A stretch of 64,000 bases of DNA from Candidatus Yanofskybacteria bacterium RIFCSPLOWO2_02_FULL_41_13 (GTDB taxonomy: Bacteria; Patescibacteriota; Minisyncoccia; 2-02-FULL-40-12; GWA2-44-9). A model generated the notes under the pieces. It did no database searches and was not told where the DNA came from. It saw only the letters and a list, made by a program, of their open reading frames with translations. Position 1 is the first letter of the stretch. Each line of letters begins with the position of its first letter. Of the stretch, positions 47,431-56,798 are shown in pieces. The stretch lies in assembly GCA_001795735.1 (NCBI GenBank), contig MGKQ01000020.1, positions 52,050-116,049 of the forward strand, in the 5' to 3' direction. A program made the translations under genes and the position numbers.

Positions 47431-48612
47431 CTAATTTATAAACTTTGTCAAGAACTTCTTTTTAAACTCTTTAAACTTACTTTCTTGAATAGAGTCTCTA
47501 ATATCCTCAAGCAGGTTATTGAAAAACCACATATTGTGCATTAGGCACCAGCGCTGGCCTTCGGCGTAGAACTTTTTATTGGGATTCTTGATTAGCTGTT
47601 TAATTCTAGACCGGGTAATTTTACTTGAACACGTAGGGCATTTACAGCCTTTTTCGATTAGACGCTTATCGATTAGATATCTGCCTCTGCGGATGTCGAT
47701 ATGCCCCGTTTTGGTATAGAGCCGGCCATGGCGGGCTTCGCGGGTAGGAATAACGCAATCAAATAAATCTACCCCGTTTTCAATAGCTTCGAATATGTCT
47801 TCTATCTTGCCGACACCTAAAAGGTGACGGGGTTTCTCTTCCGGAAGATGGGAGATCATCCATTTTAGTGTTTTGGATATTTGTTTTTTAGTATAAGAAC
47901 CGCCAATGCCAAATCCGTCAAACGGCATTGAGCCGATTGATTTTGCGCTTTTAATTCGCAGATCCTTAAATAGTCCGCCCTGAACGATGCCAAAGAGCAA
48001 TTGCTTGTGTTTCGTATCTTGTATCTTGTATTTTGTGTCAAGACAGATCTTAGCCCAGCGGTCAGTATTCCTTACCGCTTTTTGATTATATGAATAGCTG
48101 TCGAGGGGCGATGTTATATGGTCAAAAGCAAAGATTATGTCGGCTCCTATTTTGGCCTGAATCTTCATTGACAGCTCAGGACCGAGGAATTTCCACTTGC
48201 CGTCATATTTAAAAATAACTCCCTTTTTAGTTATTTTTATCCTTCTTCGCTTATAGCTTGTATCTAGTTTTGCCTTGTCTCCTATAAATTTACCGACCTT
48301 GCGTTCACCGTCAAAAGCCAGTGATAATACCTGAAAACCGCCGCTATCGGTCATTAGGGGAATTTTCCCCAATTTTTCATTTAGCGAATTACGTATTCCG
48401 TATTTAGAACTTTCAGCTCTGTCCCGAAGATGAAAGGTGTTGGAAATAATAATTTGAGTTTTTGTACTTTTTATGTCCCTTGGCGAAAGGTGTCGTATTC
48501 TGCCATAAGTTCCGACAAACACGTAAGACGGGGTTTTAACAACTCCATGAGGCGTAGTTAAAACGCCCAGTCGGGCTTTTGTTTGGCTGTCTTTCTTTAA
48601 GATTTTAAACAT
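47431..48612 (-). CDS. tgt: queuine tRNA-ribosyltransferase
   Basis: DSGGFQ motif and C-terminal Zn site CxCxxC...H. Confidence 0.85.
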   Translation of the reverse strand: MFKILKKDSQTKARLGVLTTPHGVVKTPSYVFVGTYGRIRHLSPRDIKSTKTQIIISNTFHLRDRAESSKYGIRNSLNEKLGKIPLMTDSGGFQVLSLAFDGERKVGKFIGDKAKLDTSYKRRRIKITKKGVIFKYDGKWKFLGPELSMKIQAKIGADIIFAFDHITSPLDSYSYNQKAVRNTDRWAKICLDTKYKIQDTKHKQLLFGIVQGGLFKDLRIKSAKSIGSMPFDGFGIGGSYTKKQISKTLKWMISHLPEEKPRHLLGVGKIEDIFEAIENGVDLFDCVIPTREARHGRLYTKTGHIDIRRGRYLIDKRLIEKGCKCPTCSSKITRSRIKQLIKNPNKKFYAEGQRWCLMHNMWFFNNLLEDIRDSIQESKFKEFKKKFLTKFIN

Positions 48613-48677
48613 AAAATAGGAAGGAGTTAGCTCAATTTAAGAATTGTACAATAAAAAATGCTCGTTGCAACGAGCAT

Positions 48678-49436
48678 TTATGGCTTAGCGGGTGGATGGT
48701 TTAAGCTTCGATTATTGTAAGAGTATTCGAGTCTCTCATGCGTTTCCCCCAGAATAACTCTGTACCTGTAAGTTAACTCTAGATGTTTAGGAACTATAAT
48801 TTTTTCAAATTCTTCTTGCTCAAATTTAATCGAAAAATCTTTCATTTCAAATATATTCATAATTCTTGTAAAGCTGTTAGTCAGCCTCCCCTCCAGACGT
48901 TTGAGGTAAAATTTTTCCATATCAATATAAAGTGAGCCAGTCATCCTGTTTATTCCCTCATCCATCCTGTCGTCAAAGGGCAGACTGTTTATCGGTTCTT
49001 TCGGTTTGAAGCTTATAATATAATAGCCTCTGCCATCCATTAGTTCTTCTCCCTTGAGGTCAAAATCAAATCTTTTGAGTAGTATGTCGTTGAAGTTTAA
49101 TTTGCTTGTTTCTGACCGGGCATTTCTTATCTGCTGGCCGTTTCGCTCTTTAAGCTTCTCAAAGGAATTTCCGTTTAATCCATATATTTCGTAAACGGAT
49201 GTTTCTATGACTCGGGGCGGATTTCTTTCTAAACTAGATTTGGTTATGGTTTTGTCGTATTTTATAAGGTCTCTTTTAAGTTTTTCATTCTCGTGTCCTT
49301 TTTCCAGTACAAGTTTCATGATCCAGTCGGCCAGTTCTTTTGATCCGGTTTGAACCTGCTGGGGCTGTGCTTCTCCTGGCGTTACCGATCCGGGGAGGAT
49401 CAGGAGAATAGCGGCAAGAAAAATCCCGATTCTCAT
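48678..49436 (-). CDS. hypothetical secreted protein (possible LolA-like fold)
   Basis: signal peptide; no strong motifs. Confidence 0.35.
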   Translation of the reverse strand: MRIGIFLAAILLILPGSVTPGEAQPQQVQTGSKELADWIMKLVLEKGHENEKLKRDLIKYDKTITKSSLERNPPRVIETSVYEIYGLNGNSFEKLKERNGQQIRNARSETSKLNFNDILLKRFDFDLKGEELMDGRGYYIISFKPKEPINSLPFDDRMDEGINRMTGSLYIDMEKFYLKRLEGRLTNSFTRIMNIFEMKDFSIKFEQEEFEKIIVPKHLELTYRYRVILGETHERLEYSYNNRSLNHPPAKP

Positions 49437-49540
49437 AGAAACCTTTATTTAAATGAGCTTGGGGGCAATAGTAGCATAAAACATATTAACCTACAACAAA
49501 TTTGGCATTTATTTATTTTCAATGGTATAATTAATGGCAT

Positions 49541-49777
49541 ATGAATAACATAAAAATATATTCAACTCCAACTTGCCCGTGGTGCAAAAAGGCCAAGGCA
49601 TATTTAGACGAAAAGGGCATTGTTTATACAAGTGTTGACGTTTCAAATGACGAAGTAGCCCAAAAAGAAATGATCAAAAAAAGCGATCAGATGGGCGTAC
49701 CGGTTTTGGATATTGACGGAAAGATTGTGATCGGGTTTGATAAGGAAAAAATAAACGAACTTTTGAAGATTAATTAA
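49541..49777 (+). CDS. glutaredoxin-like protein (CPWC active site)
   Basis: IYSTPTCPWCKKAKAYL. Confidence 0.8.
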   Translation: MNNIKIYSTPTCPWCKKAKAYLDEKGIVYTSVDVSNDEVAQKEMIKKSDQMGVPVLDIDGKIVIGFDKEKINELLKIN

Positions 49778-49897
49778 CATTTATCAATTTACAATTTCCA
49801 TTGATTTAACATTTTTTATTTACCAATTTAAGAAATGACTCCATGGCCGAATGGTAAATTATTGGCAAATGATAACTGGTAACTGGTAAGTTTAAGC

Positions 49898-50512
49898 ATG
49901 CCTAAAAAAGAATTTAAACAACTAAATTACGACGCCGACTCGTTAAAAGGAATTTCACAGAAAACTGTGGAGATTCATCACGGCAAACTTTATAAAGACT
50001 ATGTAGATAAATCAAATGAGATAAAAGATAAACTGGGCCCGATTGCTAAGAGCGGTAAGGCCGAGGGTAATCAAACATATAGCGAACTCAGGTCTCTCAA
50101 GAATGGCGAGTCTTTTGCCAATAACGGCGTTTATCTTCATGAGAATTATTTTGCTGTTCTTGGTGGGGACGGCGTGCCAAGGGGAGAGATAGTAACTAAA
50201 TTAGCAGAAAAATACGGCTCTTTCGATAATTTTAAAAACTATTTTTCAGCTTGTGGGATGGCGGCTCGCGGTTGGGCAGTGTTGGCTTGGGATATGCACG
50301 AGAAGGAATTAAGGATTTTTACTTGTGATGCCCAAAATCATGGCGGCATTTGGGGAACTATTCCTGTTTTATGTATGGACGTTTACGAACATTCATATTT
50401 CATAGACACTGGTTCTGACCGGGGGGCTTATATCAAGTTGTTTTTTGATAATCTTAGCTGGGATAAAGTAGAGGAATTTTATCAGCGTGCCAAAAAGTTT
50501 GGACTAGAGTAA
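49898..50512 (+). CDS. sodA: superoxide dismutase, Fe/Mn family
   Basis: EIHHGKLYKDYV and DVYEHSYF metal-ligand motifs. Confidence 0.8.
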   Translation: MPKKEFKQLNYDADSLKGISQKTVEIHHGKLYKDYVDKSNEIKDKLGPIAKSGKAEGNQTYSELRSLKNGESFANNGVYLHENYFAVLGGDGVPRGEIVTKLAEKYGSFDNFKNYFSACGMAARGWAVLAWDMHEKELRIFTCDAQNHGGIWGTIPVLCMDVYEHSYFIDTGSDRGAYIKLFFDNLSWDKVEEFYQRAKKFGLE

Positions 50513-50540
50513 TGAAAAGTCCCCGGAAGGGGACTTATTT

Positions 50541-51887
50541 TTACTTCCAGCTTTCAAGCCAAACCCTTGCTTCATAGGCTTTTGGCGGGAGTTCAAGCCC
50601 ATAGCTTAAGGGGGCAAAATATATAAAAGCAACCACAGAGGCAATTAATAGTCCGGCAAAGACCCTATTTTTGTATTTAGTATTATCCAGTAGATAGGTC
50701 AGGATCATCACGGCAAAAATATAAGCGGTGAAATAGTGATACAAGAACATGACTCTCTTTACTCCGATAAACGGCAGGATGTTAATGACATAACCTGCTA
50801 AGAGGAAATGCAGTATAAATTTATCTCTTAATATTTTTTCACTTTTCACTTTTAACTTTTCACTTAGCAGCAATATTATCGAAAATAATATTGCTGCACT
50901 TGATGCCCACCATATCACGTGATTACCAATAAGGTAGATGCGGGAATCACCGTCCACCCAATAGTATATCGGTCTGGTCATTAACGGCCAGGAGTACCAT
51001 TCACTTGAATAAGGGTGGGTGGCGGTAAGATTCTGGTTGGCCTTATACATTTCCATGTTCAGCTCTGTGAATTTCTGTAACAAATTAGGACTATCGGCCA
51101 GATCGTTTTCATACTTGCTTCCAGCTAATGTTTTTTGAAATCCGATACTCATAAAAGCATCGCCCGGGCCACTTTTATTGAGAATTATTAAGTGCCCCGT
51201 AAAAAATATAAAATATATTCCAACCGCTACGACTATTGGCAGGAGAAAGTGCTTGGCAATATTCTTGAAAGATCTGTTTTTTAATATTCTCCACGCTTCA
51301 AAAGCCAACGGCAGAGCCAAAAAACTTAGCCCCGTCCATTTAACGGAGATGGCAAGGCCGGAGAAGAGACCAAAGAGAAGCAGGTTGTGGGCTTTAGGCA
51401 TTAGGTTTTTAGACCTAAAGTAGAATAAGAGGGCTAAAAAACCGAAGATAAGAAGGAAGGAATCAAGTAAAATATAGTGAGACTGGGTAAGCAGGGCGTT
51501 CTCAAGGATTATAAAAAGACCGCCGAAGAAAGACGCCCTTAGGCTAAGGCTCATCTCAAGAAGAAGCAGAAATATTACAATAGGTAGCAGAGAGCCGGCC
51601 AAATTAGGCAAAAATCGCAGTATAAGATATTGCTTGTCAGGATATTCATTTCCTATTTCGGCAAAGGCAAATCCCGGTTTGAAATCAAACAGCTTGGCGA
51701 ATCCGGCGATGGCCATTTTCCCCAGCGGGGGATGAATGTCGAAAAAATACTCTCTGGTATAATAGCCGGATATAAACTTTCCGAAATGAACTTCGTCAAA
51801 GACAGTTTGGTTGGGATGGCTGAAAAAAATAAAGTGAGTTGCCAGACCAAGACCGAGCAGTATTAACAAGTAATACTTTTTATCCAT
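50541..51887 (-). CDS. PMT-family (GT39-like) phospholipid carrier-dependent glycosyltransferase
   Basis: FDEVHFGKF...DIHPPLGK DE-motif loop after TM1, polytopic. Start placed at Met 26 of track ORF (MDKKYYLL) so that the DE loop follows TM1. Confidence 0.65.
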   Translation of the reverse strand: MDKKYYLLILLGLGLATHFIFFSHPNQTVFDEVHFGKFISGYYTREYFFDIHPPLGKMAIAGFAKLFDFKPGFAFAEIGNEYPDKQYLILRFLPNLAGSLLPIVIFLLLLEMSLSLRASFFGGLFIILENALLTQSHYILLDSFLLIFGFLALLFYFRSKNLMPKAHNLLLFGLFSGLAISVKWTGLSFLALPLAFEAWRILKNRSFKNIAKHFLLPIVVAVGIYFIFFTGHLIILNKSGPGDAFMSIGFQKTLAGSKYENDLADSPNLLQKFTELNMEMYKANQNLTATHPYSSEWYSWPLMTRPIYYWVDGDSRIYLIGNHVIWWASSAAILFSIILLLSEKLKVKSEKILRDKFILHFLLAGYVINILPFIGVKRVMFLYHYFTAYIFAVMILTYLLDNTKYKNRVFAGLLIASVVAFIYFAPLSYGLELPPKAYEARVWLESWK

Positions 51888-51904
51888 AATTAGTATGATA
51901 TAAT

Positions 51905-52048
51905 AAAAAGGCTTGAAAATGAAATCACAAATCACAAGCACCAAATACCAAATAATAACCAAATCCTAAATCCCAACAACCAAAACGCTGAGAATTCATA
52001 ATTTGAGGATTGGAATTTATTTGTAATTTGTAATTTGTAATTTGGAGC
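51905..52048. repeat. AT-rich pseudo-palindrome (CAAAT-type units left, ATTTG/TAATTTG x3 right)
   Basis: seen directly upstream of the TrxR-like gene. Confidence 0.45.
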
Positions 52049-52055
52049 TTATAGG

Positions 52056-53033
52056 ATGTTGGATCTATTAATTATCGGTGGTTCAGCGGCGGCTACGACT
52101 GCCGGCATTTATGGCATTCGGCGTGGTTTGAATTTAAAAATAATAACCAAAGAATTTGGAGGGGAAGTTGCGACTTCTGGAGAAATAGGCAACTGGCCGG
52201 GGGATGGCATGACTGACGGCATCACTCTTTCAGACAAATTTAAAAATCATCTCAAGTATTATAAAGTCAACATTGAAGAGGGTATAGAGGTTGAAAAGAT
52301 AACCAAGCAAGAAGATGGCACTTTTTGCGTCTCTACTAAAAAGGGGAGTAATGTCGGAATGGCAGGAGAGAAGATGGCTGATGGGAAAGAGGGAGTCCTG
52401 AAATGCGATTATGTCGCTAAAGCCGTAATTGTTGCAACAGGAGTTCATCCTCGCGAGCTTGGAGCTATGGGTGAAAAAGAATTCAGAAACAAGGGTGTTA
52501 GCTATTGTTCAACATGCGACATGCCCCTATTCACGAGCAAGACGGTGGCTGTTATTGGCGGTGGCAACTCGGCCCTCGAGTCGGCTCTTATGGGCGTGGA
52601 TATCGCTAAAAAAGTTTATGTTATAAATAAAAACCCCGGTTTTAAAGGAGACGAAGTGCTTATCAGTAAATTAACTTCCCAGCCAAAAGATAAAGTCGAG
52701 ATAATATATGAAGTCGATACCAAAGAATTTGTCGGCGATAAATTCTTAACCGGAGTGAAGTATTCATCCAAAGACGGTCAGGTTCGGGAAATAAAAGTGG
52801 AAGGCGCTTTTGTCCATATCGGAATGGTTCCTAATTCTCAAATTGTTCCGGAAAATGTTGAGAAGAATCCTTTTGGAGAAATAAAGGTTAACGTAAGGTG
52901 CGAAACAAACATTCCCGGCTTATATGCCGCCGGTGATGTTTCTGATATTCCTTTTAAACAAATAGTTATAGCCACCGGCCAAGGGTGCCTGGCTACTTTA
53001 AGTGCGGTGCAATATCTTAATTCACGCAAATAA
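52056..53033 (+). CDS. thioredoxin reductase-like FAD/NAD(P)-dependent disulfide oxidoreductase
   Basis: GGSAAATTAG FAD motif, GGGNSA NAD motif, CSTCD redox-active disulfide; unusual ~25-aa insert. Confidence 0.7.
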   Translation: MLDLLIIGGSAAATTAGIYGIRRGLNLKIITKEFGGEVATSGEIGNWPGDGMTDGITLSDKFKNHLKYYKVNIEEGIEVEKITKQEDGTFCVSTKKGSNVGMAGEKMADGKEGVLKCDYVAKAVIVATGVHPRELGAMGEKEFRNKGVSYCSTCDMPLFTSKTVAVIGGGNSALESALMGVDIAKKVYVINKNPGFKGDEVLISKLTSQPKDKVEIIYEVDTKEFVGDKFLTGVKYSSKDGQVREIKVEGAFVHIGMVPNSQIVPENVEKNPFGEIKVNVRCETNIPGLYAAGDVSDIPFKQIVIATGQGCLATLSAVQYLNSRK

Positions 53034-53034
53034 A

Positions 53035-53478
53035 ATGAAAATCTATCTAGGATCTGATCATCGGGGCTTTGCCCTGAAGGAAAAATTAAAGAAAAAATTG
53101 ACCGAATGGAATTACGAATACGAGGATCTCGGCCCTTTTAGCTACAATAAAGACGATGATTATCCTGATTTTGCCAAGGCGGTAGGTGAAAAGGTTGCCT
53201 CTGGTCCTAGCGGTAGGGGAATCCTTATATGTGGCTCCGGTGTGGGCGTATCCATAACTGCAAATAAGATAAATGGTGTACGGGCCGGAACGATGACGGA
53301 TGTTGAGCAGGTAAAGGCATCGGTGGCCGACGAGGATACAAATGTTATCGGACTTTCAAACGACTATACAAGCGATGATAAGAATATAGAAATAGCCAAA
53401 GCCTTTCTTGAATCAAAATTTTCCGGAGCAGAGAGACATGTCAGGAGAGTTAATAAAATTAAAGAATCAGAAAAATAA
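53035..53478 (+). CDS. rpiB: ribose-5-phosphate isomerase B
   Basis: MKIYLGSDHRGF...ICGSGVG motifs; start at ATG 53035. Confidence 0.85.
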   Translation: MKIYLGSDHRGFALKEKLKKKLTEWNYEYEDLGPFSYNKDDDYPDFAKAVGEKVASGPSGRGILICGSGVGVSITANKINGVRAGTMTDVEQVKASVADEDTNVIGLSNDYTSDDKNIEIAKAFLESKFSGAERHVRRVNKIKESEK

Positions 53479-53766
53479 TAAAAGAGCCTGCCTACGCAGG
53501 CAGGCATGGGGCTTTAATACCCCTGCATGGCATTAACATATAAATTAAATAAAAAGGATGCGAAACAATATGTTAAGAATGCTATCAAAAGGCCGATCAT
53601 GGATCCAATAAATAATAACCATAATCTAGGCCTGTAACCGCTTGAATCTCTTGTAAAAAATCTAAACATGAGCAAGTTCTCGCTTGAATATTGCAGAATG
53701 TTCTAGCCGGATACTACTTTTTATAATTAATTATGTCCAGAGTATTTGTCACGAGACTCCCGATTT

Positions 53767-53872
53767 TGTATAAATTTTGATAGAATTTATATACAAAATC
53801 GAGGATCCTCGATTTCTTAGTTAAAATTATTTATTAAAAAAAAAATTAATAATTTTAAAAGAAATCGGGACA
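53767..53872. repeat. second copy of the ATCGAGGATCCTCGAT palindrome element, intergenic upstream of 2-hydroxyacid dehydrogenase
   Basis: seen directly; flanks a TTGATA-17-TATATA promoter-like sequence. Confidence 0.5.
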
Positions 53873-53878
53873 ATACCA

Positions 53879-54847
53879 ATGAAAGTATTTATTTCAAGAC
53901 CTATACCAAAAGTCGGAATCGATATGTTAAAGGCTAAGGGCTGGGATGTGGTTGTAAACGAAAAAGCCGAAGGCAGGGCGGCAACAAAAGCTGAGCTGAT
54001 CGAAGGAGCAAAAAGCTCCGATGCTATCCTTGCCGTATTAACCGACAAAATTGACGGTGAAGTTATGGATGTTGGAACACCAGCATTAAAGATTATAGCC
54101 AATTACGCCGTCGGTTTTGACAATATAGATCTTGAAGCGGCTAAACAGCGAAAAATAATGGTTACGAATACTCCCGGAGTTCTTACTAATACCGTAGCTG
54201 AACATACTTTTACCCTGATGCTCTCAATAGCTCATCGGATAAGCGAAGCTGACAGGTTTTCCAGAGCCGGCAGATATCATGCTTGGGGTCCTAACCTTCT
54301 TTTAGGCACTGATCTTTCCGGCAAGACACTTGGAGTTGTTGGTCTGGGGCGGATCGGCTCTCGAGTCGCTTTTCATGCAGTTAAAGGATTTGAAATGAAA
54401 GTCTTGTATAATGATCCGAAGCCGAATAGTGATTTTGAAAAAGAGTTTGGCGCCCAATACGTCGAGAGAATAGATGATATGCTGCCTCACTGCGATTTCG
54501 TATCTATCCATGTACCTTTACTTGATTCCACTCATCACCTCATAAACGAGGCTCGCCTGAAAATAATGAAACGATCTGCGTATTTAATAAATACATCCCG
54601 TGGCCCTATTATAGATGAAAAAGCTCTTGCCCTAAGTTTATCAAAGGGCTGGATTCGCGGTGCGGCAATTGATGTATTTGAATTTGAACCGGAAATTGTA
54701 CCCGAGCTAAAAGAACTCGATAATGTGATACTTACTCCGCACATTGCTTCGGCAACCGGGGAAACAAGAAATAAAATGGCTGAAATGGCGGCCCAGAACA
54801 TAATAGAGGCTTTAGGAGGAAGAACCCCGCCTAATTTAGTTAAATAG
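53879..54847 (+). CDS. D-isomer-specific 2-hydroxyacid dehydrogenase (glyoxylate/hydroxypyruvate reductase-like)
   Basis: GxGxxG NAD motif (GLGRIGS), catalytic R/E/H residues in conserved positions. Confidence 0.8.
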   Translation: MKVFISRPIPKVGIDMLKAKGWDVVVNEKAEGRAATKAELIEGAKSSDAILAVLTDKIDGEVMDVGTPALKIIANYAVGFDNIDLEAAKQRKIMVTNTPGVLTNTVAEHTFTLMLSIAHRISEADRFSRAGRYHAWGPNLLLGTDLSGKTLGVVGLGRIGSRVAFHAVKGFEMKVLYNDPKPNSDFEKEFGAQYVERIDDMLPHCDFVSIHVPLLDSTHHLINEARLKIMKRSAYLINTSRGPIIDEKALALSLSKGWIRGAAIDVFEFEPEIVPELKELDNVILTPHIASATGETRNKMAEMAAQNIIEALGGRTPPNLVK

Positions 54848-54912
54848 AATCTAGAATTTAGAATCTGGAATTTAGAAAAATTCAAAATTCAAAATTCAAA
54901 ATTCAAAATTCG
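54848..54912. repeat. AT-rich pseudo-palindrome of GAATTT units (left) and AAATTC units (right, ~5 tandem copies)
   Basis: Seen directly between the dehydrogenase and rpe. Similar architecture at 25231-25314, 28904-28993, 29619-29730, 49778-49897, 51905-52048, 55554-55652, 62676-62808. Confidence 0.5.
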
Positions 54913-54914
54913 TC

Positions 54915-55553
54915 TTGGTTGAGATCATTCCTGCTATTCTTACCGATTCATCGGCAAGGTTCAAAGAGCTGGTTCGGAGGCTGGAGCCTTATGTCAATAG
55001 GATTCATGTTGATGTTGCTGATGCGGAGCTTGTGCCAAGCAGAACGGTTACCGGCTATAAGGAAATTAAAGATACTGCGGTGGCGGTTAAATTTGATGTC
55101 CACTTAATGGTAAAAAGACCGCAAGAATATCTCAAAGAATGGTTTTATACTCATGCCGATAGGTTTATTATCCACGTTGAATCAGATGCGAATCTGGGAG
55201 AAATAATAAAAAACATCAAAGAACACGGACGCAGGGTCGGCGTAGCTTTTAATCCGGAGACAGAACCGGAAAAATCCGAACGATATTTCAAAGATATCGA
55301 TTTTGTACAATTTATGACCGTCCATCCCGGGTTTCAGGGCGGAAAATTCGTCAACGATGTTGTTGATAATATCTCAAAGTTCCATAAGAAATATCCTGGT
55401 ATAATTATTATGTGCGACGGGGGGGTTAATCCCGAGATAGCGCCCGGATTGATTAGGGCCGGAGCATCGGCTCTGGTCTCCGGAAGCTACGTAGTTAAAA
55501 GCGGGGATATGGAGAAGGCGATTCAGCAGTTACAGGAAGCTACTGAAAAATGA
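54915..55553 (+). CDS. rpe: ribulose-phosphate 3-epimerase
   Basis: HVDVADAELVPS and MTVHPGFQGGKF motifs. Confidence 0.75.
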   Translation: MVEIIPAILTDSSARFKELVRRLEPYVNRIHVDVADAELVPSRTVTGYKEIKDTAVAVKFDVHLMVKRPQEYLKEWFYTHADRFIIHVESDANLGEIIKNIKEHGRRVGVAFNPETEPEKSERYFKDIDFVQFMTVHPGFQGGKFVNDVVDNISKFHKKYPGIIIMCDGGVNPEIAPGLIRAGASALVSGSYVVKSGDMEKAIQQLQEATEK

Positions 55554-55652
55554 AAATGCAAAAATCAAAGTTCAAAATGACAATGCAAAGTTAAAAGATC
55601 CTGAGATTTTATTTTTAATTTTGATATTTTAATTTTAAATTTAGCGAAGCGT

Positions 55653-56666
55653 ATGTACGATATTATCTCAATTGGTTCAGCTACTCGTGATGTTTTTTTC
55701 AGCACCAATGATCTGAGGCGTTTTAAGATGGATGAGTTTCCGACCGGAGAGGCAATCTGTCTTGGCTATGGTTCAAAGATTGAAATGAAGAAAATAGTTT
55801 TAACTTCAGGCGGCGGAGGTACTAATGCGGCCGTTACTTTTGCCAGACAAGGATTGAAGACGGCTAACGTTGGGGTTATCGGGCAGGATTTTAATGGAAC
55901 AGAGATTCTCCGGGAGCTCGAAAGCGAGGGGGTAGATACTCGGTATTTTCAGAAGCATGACGATGATTTTACTGCTTACTCTGTAATTTTGGTCCATGCC
56001 GATGGAGAAAGAACCATAATGTCTTACAAGGGCGAGGGCCAGCACTTTGATCCAAAGAGGATACCTTTTAGTGAACTTGAGTCAAAATGGTTTTTCCTTG
56101 ATAGTTTGGGCGGTAATTTTGATGTTCTTGAAGGTCTGGTAAGTCATGCCGTTAAAAATAATATAAAACTGGCTACTAATCCGGGCGGTAAAGAATTGGC
56201 TCACGGTTTAGAAAAATTAAGGCCCCTGCTAAAATATTTTTCAATAATAATAATGAATCAAGAGGAGGCGGCCGGACTGACCGGGATAGATTATAAAAAA
56301 GAAGAGGAGATATTTAAATTCATGGACGAAGCCATAGGCGGTATTTTTGTCATGACTAAAGGCCCTGATGGGGTGGCTGTCTCTGATGGCAAGAATATTT
56401 ATACTGCCGGTGTGCCGGATTCTCCAGTTGTAGAGCGAACGGGGGCTGGGGATTCGTTCAGCTCTGGTTTCGTGGTAGAATATCTAAAAGGGCAAAAAGC
56501 AAAGGGTAAAGAGCAAAAAGAAGAGGATATAATAAAAAAAGCGATACAGTTTGCGACGGCCAATGCTTCATCAGTTGTGACTCAGTATGGAGCTAAGGCG
56601 GGGATATTAAAAAATGGCGATTGGGGGCCATGGCCATTAATAGAGGTTAAAGTTCGTAAAGCCTAA
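55653..56666 (+). CDS. PfkB-family carbohydrate/sugar-phosphate kinase
   Basis: GGGGTNAA and GAGDSFSSGF motifs. Confidence 0.8.
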   Translation: MYDIISIGSATRDVFFSTNDLRRFKMDEFPTGEAICLGYGSKIEMKKIVLTSGGGGTNAAVTFARQGLKTANVGVIGQDFNGTEILRELESEGVDTRYFQKHDDDFTAYSVILVHADGERTIMSYKGEGQHFDPKRIPFSELESKWFFLDSLGGNFDVLEGLVSHAVKNNIKLATNPGGKELAHGLEKLRPLLKYFSIIIMNQEEAAGLTGIDYKKEEEIFKFMDEAIGGIFVMTKGPDGVAVSDGKNIYTAGVPDSPVVERTGAGDSFSSGFVVEYLKGQKAKGKEQKEEDIIKKAIQFATANASSVVTQYGAKAGILKNGDWGPWPLIEVKVRKA

Positions 56667-56673
56667 GTATTTA

Positions 56674-56798
56674 AGATGGATCCCGAACGAAGTAGTAATA
56701 ACTTCGGACGGGGTAATGACGAAACTCATACTTGGATGTGAACGGCAAACGTTTGACCTTCACACCCTGTAAGGGCTACTTTGTACGGGATGGATCAA
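56674..56798. repeat. inverted box pair ATCCCGAACGAAGTAG ... CTACTTTGTACGGGAT flanking a 34-nt near-palindrome TGTGAACGGCAAACGTTTGACCTTCACA
   Basis: seen directly; right box overlaps the start of the 424-aa unknown gene. Confidence 0.5.

Noticed and set aside
53486-53530. GCCTGCCT-ACGC-AGGCAGGC hairpin after rpiB as intrinsic terminator
   Set aside because: The stem is strong but not followed by a U-tract, and a second weak GGGG...CCCC hairpin follows. It may terminate or be an RNA stability element, so I did not list it as a confident terminator.
54848-54912. short tandem repeats (AAATTC)n and similar arrays considered as CRISPR
   Set aside because: Units are 5-7 nt with no spacers of unique sequence. 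They are far too short for CRISPR repeats, and no cas genes are present.
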